Sequence record: OK283619.1
Reading direction: 5' to 3' (one strand)
From: Escherichia phage LPEK22
Length of the DNA: 64,000 bases
Positions within the stretch are counted from its first letter, which is position 1. Each line of letters starts with the position of its first letter. Below are positions 54,819 to 63,829 of this stretch, piece by piece. A program made the position numbers and the translations under genes. A model generated the notes under the pieces. The model saw nothing but the letters and a program-made list of their open reading frames with translations. It did not search any database and had not been told where the DNA came from.

Positions 54819-55107
54819 TTACTGGCTGCTGGCAGATATACTGCTTTTCGCCTTGCTGTTGATGACGGCGTTTGTTTGGATTAAGGGATTCTTGACATTC
54901 CTTCATTCATTAAGTGCCATGGTATCTTTCTATGCGGTTTCGCCACATAGTGACGTCAATGTAAGAGCTGCAAATCAATCTGATATGTTGGCCGAATATG
55001 TTTTGCTGCGTGATAAAGCAAGCAGGATTGTCCTGTTTTCTACGCTGGTGGGAGCAGTTATTATATTTCTACGACACGTATTGGAGGCGATTCATGCCGT
55101 TTTATGA
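54811..55107 (+). CDS. membrane protein, two predicted TM helices (98 aa)
   Basis: Hydrophobic LLADILLFALLLMTAFVWI and LFSTLVGAVIIFL segments. Confidence 0.4.
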   Translation: MINYWLLADILLFALLLMTAFVWIKGFLTFLHSLSAMVSFYAVSPHSDVNVRAANQSDMLAEYVLLRDKASRIVLFSTLVGAVIIFLRHVLEAIHAVL

Positions 55108-55339
55108 TTATGCCTGTACAGGTTGTGGAAATTCGTTTAGTGCTCGAAAATCTTGTGCTGAACGTCATACACCTGAATTAGAGCCATGTTCTGAATGTGG
55201 CGGTGAAATAAAAATGATTATTGGAGCACCAAAGATCGTATCTGGTGTTCGTGGTCCTCAGTCCGCGCCTGATGGCTTCAAAGACGTTTTGCGTCATATT
55301 AAGAAGCAATCAGGGAAGGGGAATACAATCGATGTCTGA
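55094..55339 (+). CDS. FmdB-family zinc-ribbon protein
   Basis: MPFYDYACTGCGNSF...CSECGG matches the FmdB zinc-ribbon signature; GGAGG RBS. Confidence 0.55.
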   Translation: MPFYDYACTGCGNSFSARKSCAERHTPELEPCSECGGEIKMIIGAPKIVSGVRGPQSAPDGFKDVLRHIKKQSGKGNTIDV

Positions 55340-55574
55340 TCAACAAATAGCACAAGTGCTCACACCAGATTCTTTTTCCGAATTGGTGTTGATGAGAGCA
55401 AGCCAACGCAAGGAATCAATCCTTGAAACGATGGCCAGTGTTTGTGAAGAGTATGACATCGAAGAAGCAAAGGTCAAAAAATTGATCACGCCTCCTCTTT
55501 TGTCAAGGCTAACAGCTGAATGTTCTGATGCTCGGTTGTTGAAGGGTGAATTGAAATCTAAAAAACTCATTTAA
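55332..55574 (+). CDS. hypothetical protein (80 aa)
   Basis: Start moved to internal ATG; upstream of gene 32. Confidence 0.4.
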   Translation: MSDQQIAQVLTPDSFSELVLMRASQRKESILETMASVCEEYDIEEAKVKKLITPPLLSRLTAECSDARLLKGELKSKKLI

Positions 55575-55583
55575 GGTTGTAAC

Positions 55584-55823
55584 ATGAGCAAAGAGCAAAT
55601 CTATAAAATGTTGAAGGCGCAAGAGTATCTGCCAGGTTCTATCCGCTGGCGTCACGGTAGCCTCAATGAACATGCTGATGATATGGATCGTGTACGTTAC
55701 ACGACGCCGGAAGGTAAATCCTATGTCATCGAATACCATACATTCTTGGAAGGACACAAAACCTTCTCGGATGTGTACGACATTATTGAAATAGACCCAG
55801 CAAAACAAATGATTGCGGGTTAA
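55584..55823 (+). CDS. hypothetical protein (79 aa)
   Basis: ORF only. Confidence 0.4.
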   Translation: MSKEQIYKMLKAQEYLPGSIRWRHGSLNEHADDMDRVRYTTPEGKSYVIEYHTFLEGHKTFSDVYDIIEIDPAKQMIAG

Positions 55824-55919
55824 CTCAATAGCAAAACGCAGTATAATTACACCGTCGGAATAATTGACAAATACATTTACAGAATAGCCCGAAGGGGCGG
55901 ATTATAGAGGAATATTAAA

Positions 55920-56957
55920 ATGGGTAATTTATTTGATCGTCTTAAACAATCTCGTGGCCAACAAGCCGAAGCTATGCAACAGCGACTCGCTCAGCAAGGC
56001 CAGCGTGTTGGTGGCGGTCGTGACCCACGCATCTGGAAGTGGACCTGGAATGATAAGGGTACTTCTGAAAACATCATTCGTTTCCTGTCGATCCCTTTGG
56101 TGGACATGAAGGCTAAAGAAGAAGGCACCATCCCTGAAGATGCTGTGTTAACTCCGTGTGCCATGATCATGAAACACGCATTCCAGGGCGCTGGTGGTTG
56201 GTATATCGAAAACTCTCCTCAGACTTTCGGTAACGATGATCCTGTTCGTGACCATGACCGTCCTCTGTGGGCACAACAGAAAGAAACGAATGATGAAAAG
56301 CTGAAAACAGTTCTCAAAAAACGTCTGCCGGACACCAAATACTACGCCAACATCCTGGTGATCAAAGATGGCAACAATCCGGAAAACAACGGCAAGGTCT
56401 TCTTGCTTGAGTTCGGTAATGCCGTCAAGAAAATCCTGGATTCGGCTCAGAATCCTAAGTTCTCAACTGACCCTAAATTCGACCCGTTCGATATGTGGGA
56501 AGGCGCGAACCTGATTCTGAACCTCTTTGGTGAAGAGAAAGAGTTCGGAAACTGGAAAGGTCTGGTGGCCAACTTCACCAATGTGAAGTGGGATAGTCCG
56601 GCACCGCTGGGAACCGACGAATACATTGAAGAGATCTGGGAAAAAGAGCACAGCTTGTTTGAGTTCTTTAATCCGGCCAACTTCAAATCGTACGAAGATC
56701 TGGAAAAACGTTTGCGCAAAGTTCTGGCCATCCCTGATAATCAGCCTCTGGTTGAAGGTGGTGCTTCTACTATGGCACATGCGCCTACCCAGTCTCAGGA
56801 ACCCCAGCGCCCGACAGCGCAGGAAAGTCTGAACCAACAACAATCTCAGCCTTCTAATGCACAGCAATCTGTTCCAGCCAATAATGGTGGTGCGGGTGCC
56901 GATGCGAAACAGACGGCTTCCATTGATGAGTTCGAGCAGTTCCTGAAGCAAGACTAA
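55920..56957 (+). CDS. 32: single-stranded DNA-binding protein (gp32)
   Basis: YYANILVIKDGNNPENNGKVFLLEFG and MWEGANLILNLF match T4 gp32 core; acidic/Gln-rich C-terminal tail. Confidence 0.92.
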   Translation: MGNLFDRLKQSRGQQAEAMQQRLAQQGQRVGGGRDPRIWKWTWNDKGTSENIIRFLSIPLVDMKAKEEGTIPEDAVLTPCAMIMKHAFQGAGGWYIENSPQTFGNDDPVRDHDRPLWAQQKETNDEKLKTVLKKRLPDTKYYANILVIKDGNNPENNGKVFLLEFGNAVKKILDSAQNPKFSTDPKFDPFDMWEGANLILNLFGEEKEFGNWKGLVANFTNVKWDSPAPLGTDEYIEEIWEKEHSLFEFFNPANFKSYEDLEKRLRKVLAIPDNQPLVEGGASTMAHAPTQSQEPQRPTAQESLNQQQSQPSNAQQSVPANNGGAGADAKQTASIDEFEQFLKQD

Positions 56958-56962
56958 TTTCA

Positions 56963-56986
56963 CTAAAGCCCCTTCGGGGGCTTTTT
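56963..56986. terminator. bidirectional terminator between gene 32 (+) and the convergent late gene (-)
   Basis: AAAGCCCC-TTCG-GGGGCTTTTT, U-tracts on both sides. Confidence 0.65.
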
Positions 56987-57929
56987 AGTTTTTAACGACG
57001 TCCTGCAACAATCCGAGTAAACTACTCTTCTCAGACGCCGTCAGGTTATCATTGCCTAATATATCCCTCTGGATGCCGATAGAGATCCTTTCGAAGTCTG
57101 CCAGGCTGATACCCGCCAAATTATTTACAAGCTGATCGAGTTGCTTGTAGGCCAGTAGGGCTTCACCTGTAAAGTTTCCTTCCTTAATCTTTTTATACAG
57201 CTGTCCGGCTTTTGACGCTGCGGTTTCCCAATCTCCGGAAGCAAGAGCATCAGCAATGCCCAAAGGAAGAAAGTCGCTGGCGAGGCTGCGCGTTTCATAT
57301 TCAGTCTCCGATAATACTTTATTGTAAGAGAACGATATATTGTACTGGTTAAATTGGTCGGCGGCACTTTTGTCTAGGTCGATGGAACTGAAGTTAATAG
57401 GATGAGCCTCAGTCACATAAACGCGATGAACAACCTGATCTTCCGTATCCATCTGCTCTATACAAATGTCTGTAACGAAGTCTTCATAATAACCCATCTT
57501 GGTTGTGTATGGGTCGAATATCAGGTTCTTCCATTTGTCCATGACCGACTTTTCATAATAATCGTTGGCGAGGAGGAACGACAACTCCAGATCAACGTTC
57601 GTCTTGTTATTTGGCATTTTAATGTGGTTGCCGTTGTTGGTCATGGGAGTAGTGTCAATCCCTGTACCAGGTAAAGATGCGACCATACACATCATTTGTA
57701 AGGAACGAGACGTCTGGTTTGTCCCTCCAAAGAAAGCGTTTACAATACGGGCGCTTTGTTTGAACAGATCCCCAAATGATGAAGATGAAGGATATGCGTT
57801 CCCATCATTTGCTAGTGTTGCATTGGAATCAAATATTCCAGGCGGCAACGGAATTGTAACACGAAATCTGTTCTTGCGGGAAATACCCCGTTGAAGCAGT
57901 TGCGTTAGAAAATTGCGATAGTCTTCCAC
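56985..57929 (-). CDS. late-expressed hypothetical protein (about 315 aa), likely structural
   Basis: TATAAATA on minus strand at 57964-57971; inferred GTG start 8 nt after GGAG avoids antisense overlap with the gene at 57984. Confidence 0.5.
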   Translation of the reverse strand: MEDYRNFLTQLLQRGISRKNRFRVTIPLPPGIFDSNATLANDGNAYPSSSSFGDLFKQSARIVNAFFGGTNQTSRSLQMMCMVASLPGTGIDTTPMTNNGNHIKMPNNKTNVDLELSFLLANDYYEKSVMDKWKNLIFDPYTTKMGYYEDFVTDICIEQMDTEDQVVHRVYVTEAHPINFSSIDLDKSAADQFNQYNISFSYNKVLSETEYETRSLASDFLPLGIADALASGDWETAASKAGQLYKKIKEGNFTGEALLAYKQLDQLVNNLAGISLADFERISIGIQRDILGNDNLTASEKSSLLGLLQDVVKN

Positions 57930-57963
57930 GATGAGGACTCCATTTAAATAATATATCTGTTGA

Positions 57964-57971
57964 TATTTATA
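57964..57971 (-). promoter_or_regulatory. T4-type late promoter TATAAATA
   Basis: Exact minus-strand TATAAATA, antisense to the RBS of the + gene at 57984, upstream of late gene 56985-57929. Confidence 0.55.
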
Positions 57972-57983
57972 AGGAGTTGACAA

Positions 57984-58688
57984 ATGGCTAAGAACGCTAT
58001 GGGTGAAGAAGACCCGTTGTTGCTTCCCGCCGAGATGGACGCCCCAGAACTGGTCAAGCGTTACATCCGCAAATATCGTCAACATTTTGGGCCGGAAGCG
58101 AAGCGTAATATTCGTCGTTCTCATGTATGGTTTATGGAGCGCGTATCGAAAGATGCCAATTTATCCCCCAACCACATGATGAAGGCGTTTGCTGAAAATA
58201 AACGTCCTGTCCAGGGTGTGCGCTATATTGTTGGTCGCATGTATTATTTCAAATATGATGCGCTGACCAAAGATGAACTCCCGTATTGGGATATGTATCC
58301 CCTGGTATTCTTCTTCAATTTTGTGAAGGGGGACGGGGTGAAATTCGGTGAACGTGGTGTAACCTATCTTTATGGTCTAAACCTCCATTATTTACCGCCT
58401 AAACTCAGATTGTTGGTGTTTGAAGATCTTATCAAGTTGAGGAACGAAAGAGCGTACCGTTCTAAAACTCGTTTGAGACTTACTTGGGATGCCCTGAAAC
58501 GGTTCGCCAATCACCCTCTGTACAACCATTGTGTGAAACTGTACCGCGCTGATCAATTTCGTTCACAGCTTTATGAGATTGAGCCTCAATACTGGGAAGT
58601 TGTTTTGTTTATGCGCACTGCTCGATTCCAGAAACAGAGCCAGATGTCTGTTTGGAAAGACGCTCGTCGTAAACACAAAAATGGTTAG
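57984..58688 (+). CDS. hypothetical protein (234 aa)
   Basis: Strong AAGGAG RBS; aromatic-rich core YWDMYPLVFFFNF; no motif recognised. Confidence 0.55.
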   Translation: MAKNAMGEEDPLLLPAEMDAPELVKRYIRKYRQHFGPEAKRNIRRSHVWFMERVSKDANLSPNHMMKAFAENKRPVQGVRYIVGRMYYFKYDALTKDELPYWDMYPLVFFFNFVKGDGVKFGERGVTYLYGLNLHYLPPKLRLLVFEDLIKLRNERAYRSKTRLRLTWDALKRFANHPLYNHCVKLYRADQFRSQLYEIEPQYWEVVLFMRTARFQKQSQMSVWKDARRKHKNG

Positions 58689-58749
58689 TTCTAAAAGCCG
58701 TTCTATGGGATAATTCGCGAACGGCTTTCTATAAACATGAGGTTATGAT

Positions 58750-59496
58750 ATGTCACAGCTACACCGTATTTTTGGTATTGAATTCAGTTCTAATTGCGTT
58801 CGTTATGATCGCACTCATAAAGATTCGGGTGGTAAAACCGGATATGAACTCGGTAGCCAGTTGGGATATTCCAGGGAACAATTGTTCAATCAATACAGGC
58901 TGAATGAAACGGATCTTCTTAGGGTTATGGGCATTGAACTTGATTCCGAAGCCAGCTTGGATCTGGGCGACGAAATTCGTTTTGGTAAACCAGAAGCATT
59001 GGAATTCATTGAAGATTTCGTTTCTGGTTATACCCAAGCCGCTACGAACCGCCGCGCTGCTAATGATGCAGTGGGTAAATTCTACTTTGCGGCGAAATAT
59101 CTTGCCGACAAACGTATACAGATGGAAGCCGAATTCAGTAAAGAAAATCTGAAAGCAGTTTTCGGCGAAGAAGGCGATTTCCGTTTAATGCCAGAATCTG
59201 GCACTGAATCAGCTCGTGATTTCTTTGAAAAACCATTTGTGGTCAAAGGTTGTAAAATTCTTACCGACGAAGACCACGCTTTCGCAATCCATACTGAAGT
59301 CGTTTACAATGAAGAGAATTGCCTTGTTATTTCCAGATTGTTCAACAGTCTGTCATATACAGCGTATTCTTTGATTGAACGTTGTATGGAAGAAGAGCAT
59401 CGTCAGGTGGTGGTGAACAAAATTCGCTTACACGTTGAGCAGAATTTTAACGGGTTTGGTTGTGAATCCGGCGAAATCCCTAATTTCTATCTGTAG
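58750..59496 (+). CDS. hypothetical protein (248 aa)
   Basis: ORF with GAGG RBS. Confidence 0.5.
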   Translation: MSQLHRIFGIEFSSNCVRYDRTHKDSGGKTGYELGSQLGYSREQLFNQYRLNETDLLRVMGIELDSEASLDLGDEIRFGKPEALEFIEDFVSGYTQAATNRRAANDAVGKFYFAAKYLADKRIQMEAEFSKENLKAVFGEEGDFRLMPESGTESARDFFEKPFVVKGCKILTDEDHAFAIHTEVVYNEENCLVISRLFNSLSYTAYSLIERCMEEEHRQVVVNKIRLHVEQNFNGFGCESGEIPNFYL

Positions 59497-59513
59497 CACA
59501 AGCAGGGGGCTGT

Positions 59514-59801
59514 ATGAAGAAATATGTTCGCCTGAACACGGTACTGGAATCTGTAATCGAATATTTCATAATGCAGCACCTCAGAGCAGAAAATGATCAT
59601 GTGAGCGATGCTTTGACTTATGACCACCGGATAGTGGTTCATTCCGTCGAAATAGTGGACGACGAATTGTTGATTGCCAACATAGAACATGCTCTCTGGG
59701 ACGAAGTTTTGGACCAGTATGTTCAACCCAAATTCACACAAATCGAGTTGTCTGCCATGTGGCCACCTGAAACAGTTTTCAATATTGATATACAAAGTTA
59801 A
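59514..59801 (+). CDS. hypothetical protein (95 aa)
   Basis: ORF with GGGG RBS. Confidence 0.4.
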   Translation: MKKYVRLNTVLESVIEYFIMQHLRAENDHVSDALTYDHRIVVHSVEIVDDELLIANIEHALWDEVLDQYVQPKFTQIELSAMWPPETVFNIDIQS

Positions 59802-59878
59802 TATTCACGCCAGTCCGCGCTGATACAGCGTTCCGTTGTCTAACACAGAAGTGTTAACCAACTTTTCAATAAAAAGTG

Positions 59879-59907
59879 GTTTACATCTTCTAAAAAGGCA
59901 GTATATT
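59879..59907 (+). promoter_or_regulatory. early promoter: -35 GTTTAC, 17 bp, -10 TATATT
   Basis: Preceded by TTCAATAAAAAGTGG; 67 nt upstream of ATG 59975. Confidence 0.5.
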
Positions 59908-59974
59908 AATGTTCCAGACGCACAGTTGAACATTAGACTGCCAAAGAAGGTTACTACACAAAAGGGTTTTTATT

Positions 59975-60934
59975 ATGTCCTATATTCTTCATATCGAGTC
60001 CGGCCTGAAATTTGAAATTGATGGTAAAACCGCTGCTGATCTTCAAGCAGAAATCAAAGGTGCAGACCTTATCATCGGCAACGTCACGTTACGCCGTATG
60101 ATGGAAGGCGTCCTCCAGTCAGCCAATGGCTTTGAACTCATCGAAGGTCTGAGCCAGGAAGAGAAAGAAGAGACTCTCGAAGCTCTTGACCGCGCTGAAG
60201 CCGAAAAAGTTAAACCGACCGAAGATGCGGGGGTTAAACAGGGCGACGGTGAATCAAATCCGGTGATTGACGCCGAAGAAACGGTTGGGCAACCTGTCGG
60301 TGATCAAAATTCCCAGACCGTCGAAGACGGTTCTCTTGAAGTCAACAAAGACGGTTCCATTTCCCTGGTAGTTGAAGGCGAAGAAGTTCTTGACGAAGAA
60401 GCGCAAGCCCGTGCTGAAGAAGTTCGCCGTCGTATGCTGGGCACAACCGTTGCTGAAGCAATCGCCGACGTTGAAAATCCGAAGGATGATCAGGCTTTAG
60501 CGAACGCGAAGGCGGTTCTGGCCAAGAAATCTTCTGAAATGCGCCCTGCATCTTCTACCGAAGAACGCAAGCGTCGTCATAACAAGCGTGAAGAAATGGT
60601 TGAAGCGGCTCGCGCATCCAATTATGGTCCTATCCTGGCTGCGGTTGAATCAGGGGTTGTGCCTGGGGTTTATTTGAGCTATGTGAATCCGGATATGCGC
60701 TGGTTCCAGTTCCCTGTTACCGAACTGGCAGATGAAGCCAATCCACACGCCCGCACCAATACTTATGTTGATCTGGCGCCAATCGTTTCCGGCGGCTGGG
60801 GGTTCAGTCTGTATGTGAATGGTAAATCATTCACCAAACGCCAGAAAATCAAAGAAACCGATGCCGAATCTCTGGTGAAAGCAATCAATGAATGGTTGCC
60901 TCAGGCGTTGGCCGAAGCGAAAGCTGCTGCGTAA
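59975..60934 (+). CDS. hypothetical acidic protein (319 aa)
   Basis: Downstream of early promoter 59879-59907; acidic N-terminal half. Confidence 0.5.
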   Translation: MSYILHIESGLKFEIDGKTAADLQAEIKGADLIIGNVTLRRMMEGVLQSANGFELIEGLSQEEKEETLEALDRAEAEKVKPTEDAGVKQGDGESNPVIDAEETVGQPVGDQNSQTVEDGSLEVNKDGSISLVVEGEEVLDEEAQARAEEVRRRMLGTTVAEAIADVENPKDDQALANAKAVLAKKSSEMRPASSTEERKRRHNKREEMVEAARASNYGPILAAVESGVVPGVYLSYVNPDMRWFQFPVTELADEANPHARTNTYVDLAPIVSGGWGFSLYVNGKSFTKRQKIKETDAESLVKAINEWLPQALAEAKAAA

Positions 60935-61006
60935 TTTAATTCAGAAGCGTTCAATAGATAAAGGGGCTGCTATAATAGCAGCTCCTTTTGTTTGTTGGAG
61001 CATGTC

Positions 61007-61669
61007 ATGTCTTATTCGCTCAAAGGGCTGTTGAAGCGCCCTGTGCATTTGTTTGTCAAACCACCTGCTGTAGAAGGGGAATATTCGGCACGAGGAGAGT
61101 TGTATTACATTAAAGGCTCCAATGGTAGTGGTAAGTCTACTGTGCCTTCTTATTTGGCGGAGAATGATCCTCAGGCGTATGTCGTAACCCATAACAGTAA
61201 GATCATGCTCACGGTTTGTCCATCTTACAATATTGTCTGTGTCGGTAAATATGACAAGTCTAAGTCCAAAGGGGTTGATTCTCTGAAGGATACTGAGCAG
61301 ATGTTGTTCGCGTTGTCTATTGCTGACCAACCAGAATACCTGAAATATGATGTGATTTTCGAAGGCATCATTCCGTCTACATTATTGAGTTCTTGGATTC
61401 CCCGCCTGACACGCCCACCACGTGAATTGGTCGTCCTCTTTATGGATACCCCTCTTGAAACCTGTATTGCCCGTGTTAAATCGCGTAACGGTGGCGCAGA
61501 CTTCAATGAAAGTCTGGTGGTCGAGAAGTGGGAGAGAGTTCATGATCACCGTCAACGGCATAAAGGCTTGTTCCCTACCGTTCCCGCAGGTATGATGAAG
61601 TCCGATGGCCTGACTGTAGAGCAGGCTGTTTTTGCGTTTCTCAATCGTGATTTTGGGAGTATTTATTGA
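61007..61669 (+). CDS. P-loop nucleotide/nucleoside kinase-like protein
   Basis: Walker A GSNGSGKST about 45 aa from N-terminus, kinase-like size; track start TTG, ATG with GGAG RBS chosen. Confidence 0.55.
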   Translation: MSYSLKGLLKRPVHLFVKPPAVEGEYSARGELYYIKGSNGSGKSTVPSYLAENDPQAYVVTHNSKIMLTVCPSYNIVCVGKYDKSKSKGVDSLKDTEQMLFALSIADQPEYLKYDVIFEGIIPSTLLSSWIPRLTRPPRELVVLFMDTPLETCIARVKSRNGGADFNESLVVEKWERVHDHRQRHKGLFPTVPAGMMKSDGLTVEQAVFAFLNRDFGSIY

Positions 61670-62715
61670 TGGAAATCAAAGCAATTAACAACAACGACAT
61701 GCTGAAACAGGCTGTCTTGGCTATCCGTGAGCACGGGATTGAATCTGACCCTGGTAACGCGGAGATCAACACAGACGGCACTCGTTTTATTGATGGCGTG
61801 ACGATCACCGTCTCTGACATCCGCGACCGTTGGCTGTCTGTTGAAGGACGCAACTCATCGGCTATTGCTGCCATCGGCGAGACCTTCTGGGTTCTGTCTG
61901 GGCGCGATGATGTGCGCTTCTTGTCCCGTGTCCTCCCTCGCGCCGCCAACTTCTCTGATAATGGCCATACATGGCGAGCCGCTTATGGTCCGCGTCTGTA
62001 CGCCCATGGCCAGCTGGATAGCGTTATCAACCGCCTACGCAAGAACCCAAATACTCGTCAAGCGTACCTCACCATCTATGATCCGGCTCTAGATTCGGAT
62101 GCTGGTCTGGCGAAGTTCAGCGAGAGCGGCGAAGCAAAGACTAAGGACATGGTGTGTAACCTGGCTCTGTTGTTCGCCATCGTTGAAGGTCGTCTGAACC
62201 TGACGGTCATCAACCGCTCACAGGATGTTCTGTGGGGGATGAGTTCAATCAACTTCATTGAGTTCTCTATTCTTCAGGAAGTGATTGCTCAGGTGTTAGA
62301 TGTTGATGTCGGTCAGTACAAGCTATTCTCTAACAATCTTCATTACTACAACAATGAAGTCAGCCAGAAGCAGCTTGGCAAGATCACCAAAGACACAAAA
62401 GTCACTGGTGGTTTCATCAACTCCATGATCTACTTCACGAACGTGACCAACCAGAACCATATCCGCAATCTGTTCACTGGTGTGCTTCATCACTGTGATA
62501 TCGGCAGCCCGTGGGAAACTGTTGTCGCTCACCTGAAGGAGTACGGCGCGGATCGCGGCCTGATCGTGCAGATGGCGTACTGCCTGTACTGCAAACTGAA
62601 CGACAAGCTCATCAACATGAACCTGATTCAGGATCATGGTTTGAACATCGCGCTCGCTCATTCTCCGATTGACCGCAAGATCGTTGATCCCAAGTTCTTG
62701 GAAGGTGCAGTATGA
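61669..62715 (+). CDS. thymidylate synthase-family enzyme (TS or dUMP hydroxymethylase candidate)
   Basis: TS blocks ETFWVLSGRDD, NPNTRQAYLTIYDP, catalytic Cys in DMVCNLALLF, RSQDVLWGMSSINF with Asn at base-recognition position, LHYYNNE. Confidence 0.75.
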   Translation: MEIKAINNNDMLKQAVLAIREHGIESDPGNAEINTDGTRFIDGVTITVSDIRDRWLSVEGRNSSAIAAIGETFWVLSGRDDVRFLSRVLPRAANFSDNGHTWRAAYGPRLYAHGQLDSVINRLRKNPNTRQAYLTIYDPALDSDAGLAKFSESGEAKTKDMVCNLALLFAIVEGRLNLTVINRSQDVLWGMSSINFIEFSILQEVIAQVLDVDVGQYKLFSNNLHYYNNEVSQKQLGKITKDTKVTGGFINSMIYFTNVTNQNHIRNLFTGVLHHCDIGSPWETVVAHLKEYGADRGLIVQMAYCLYCKLNDKLINMNLIQDHGLNIALAHSPIDRKIVDPKFLEGAV

Positions 62716-63281
62716 TGTATCCGAACCTTGAATTCTTTACGGGGCGCAAGCGCTCCGGCAAGGACTTCTGTTTGGAGTCCCTCATCAGCTATCACCATTT
62801 ACAGGGTGATATGGACATCCAGCGCTTATCTTTCTCGGACGAGTTGCGTCGGGTGGCTCATTACATCTATCCTTGGTTGCCAGAGGAAGTAGAGGACGAT
62901 ATCAAGGACTTGCCATATGTTCACCCAGATAACCCCAAGGGATTAACCCCAAGGCAGATCTGGCTTCATCTCGGCAGCGATACGGGGCTTCGTTATGTCC
63001 AACCGGATCTGTTTTTGTCTTTCTTTAAGCGTTACCAACTCCCATTAGTTGAACAGAATCCTAACATTCATTATATTGTGAGTGATCTACGGACGCCTCA
63101 AGAATATGAATGGGCGCTGAGCACTAAATGTCCCATCACCCGCATTTCAAAGGCAGATCGCGGCGGTATCATAGAGGACGACATAGAGGCTTTCATTGAT
63201 GAGATGAAAGTTGATTATGAATTTGTTAACCCATTTGAAGGTTGGCAACCATTCGTCAAATTTTATAGGGAACGGAAATGA
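62712..63281 (+). CDS. 1: deoxynucleoside monophosphate kinase (gp1-like)
   Basis: N-terminal FFTGRKRSGKDF matches T4 gp1 P-loop LSGVKRSGKDT; 189 aa. Confidence 0.7.
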   Translation: MMYPNLEFFTGRKRSGKDFCLESLISYHHLQGDMDIQRLSFSDELRRVAHYIYPWLPEEVEDDIKDLPYVHPDNPKGLTPRQIWLHLGSDTGLRYVQPDLFLSFFKRYQLPLVEQNPNIHYIVSDLRTPQEYEWALSTKCPITRISKADRGGIIEDDIEAFIDEMKVDYEFVNPFEGWQPFVKFYRERK

Positions 63282-63829
63282 TCACAGCAGAGCATATCAA
63301 AAGTCTGCTCGAACTTCAAAAGGCCACCAACGTGGCCTATTTTGGGGAAGAGTGGCGTAAACATTGGACTCATGTGGCGGTGGTGAACTCCATCTATCGT
63401 GAGTGGGCAGAGTTTCTTGACGAAACAACCCAGGACTGGAAAATCTATGGCGGTGGGATACAATATGACCGAGAAGCAGCTGTCTACGAATTGGTGGACG
63501 TGGTACATTTTATGTTGTCTTCCATTTTATCTGGATTTGGTTCTGCTTTCCCAGTTGAAATGCAGATTGACCTTTTCTTCAAGGACGGACGAGTGATAGA
63601 CAAATCGGCCAATCTGGAATCGGTCACAGAATGTTTTACGTCATTTATGGTTCAACCAGATGTTATCCGTTTTGTGCGGTTTTTATCAAAGGCTTGTGGT
63701 TATTTGGATCTGGACACCGAAACCTATATGCTGGCCCACAAGCGCAAGAACGATCGCAATCGTCTACGTGCTGCTGGCGGTGCGAACTATGACAAGTCTG
63801 CCGAAACCCCTCTGACTCTGGAGTTCTAA
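63278..63829 (+). CDS. 56: dCTPase/dUTPase-like all-alpha NTP pyrophosphatase (gp56-like)
   Basis: ELVDVVHFMLSSIL matches T4 gp56 ELVDIFHFVLNMF; size 183 aa. Confidence 0.65.
   Translation: MITAEHIKSLLELQKATNVAYFGEEWRKHWTHVAVVNSIYREWAEFLDETTQDWKIYGGGIQYDREAAVYELVDVVHFMLSSILSGFGSAFPVEMQIDLFFKDGRVIDKSANLESVTECFTSFMVQPDVIRFVRFLSKACGYLDLDTETYMLAHKRKNDRNRLRAAGGANYDKSAETPLTLEF

Noticed and set aside
57930-58124. N-terminal 65 codons of the 379-aa minus-strand ORF 56985-58124
   Set aside because: Would run antisense through the RBS and first 47 codons of the + gene at 57984 and lies upstream of the minus-strand late promoter; gene shortened to start at GTG 57929.
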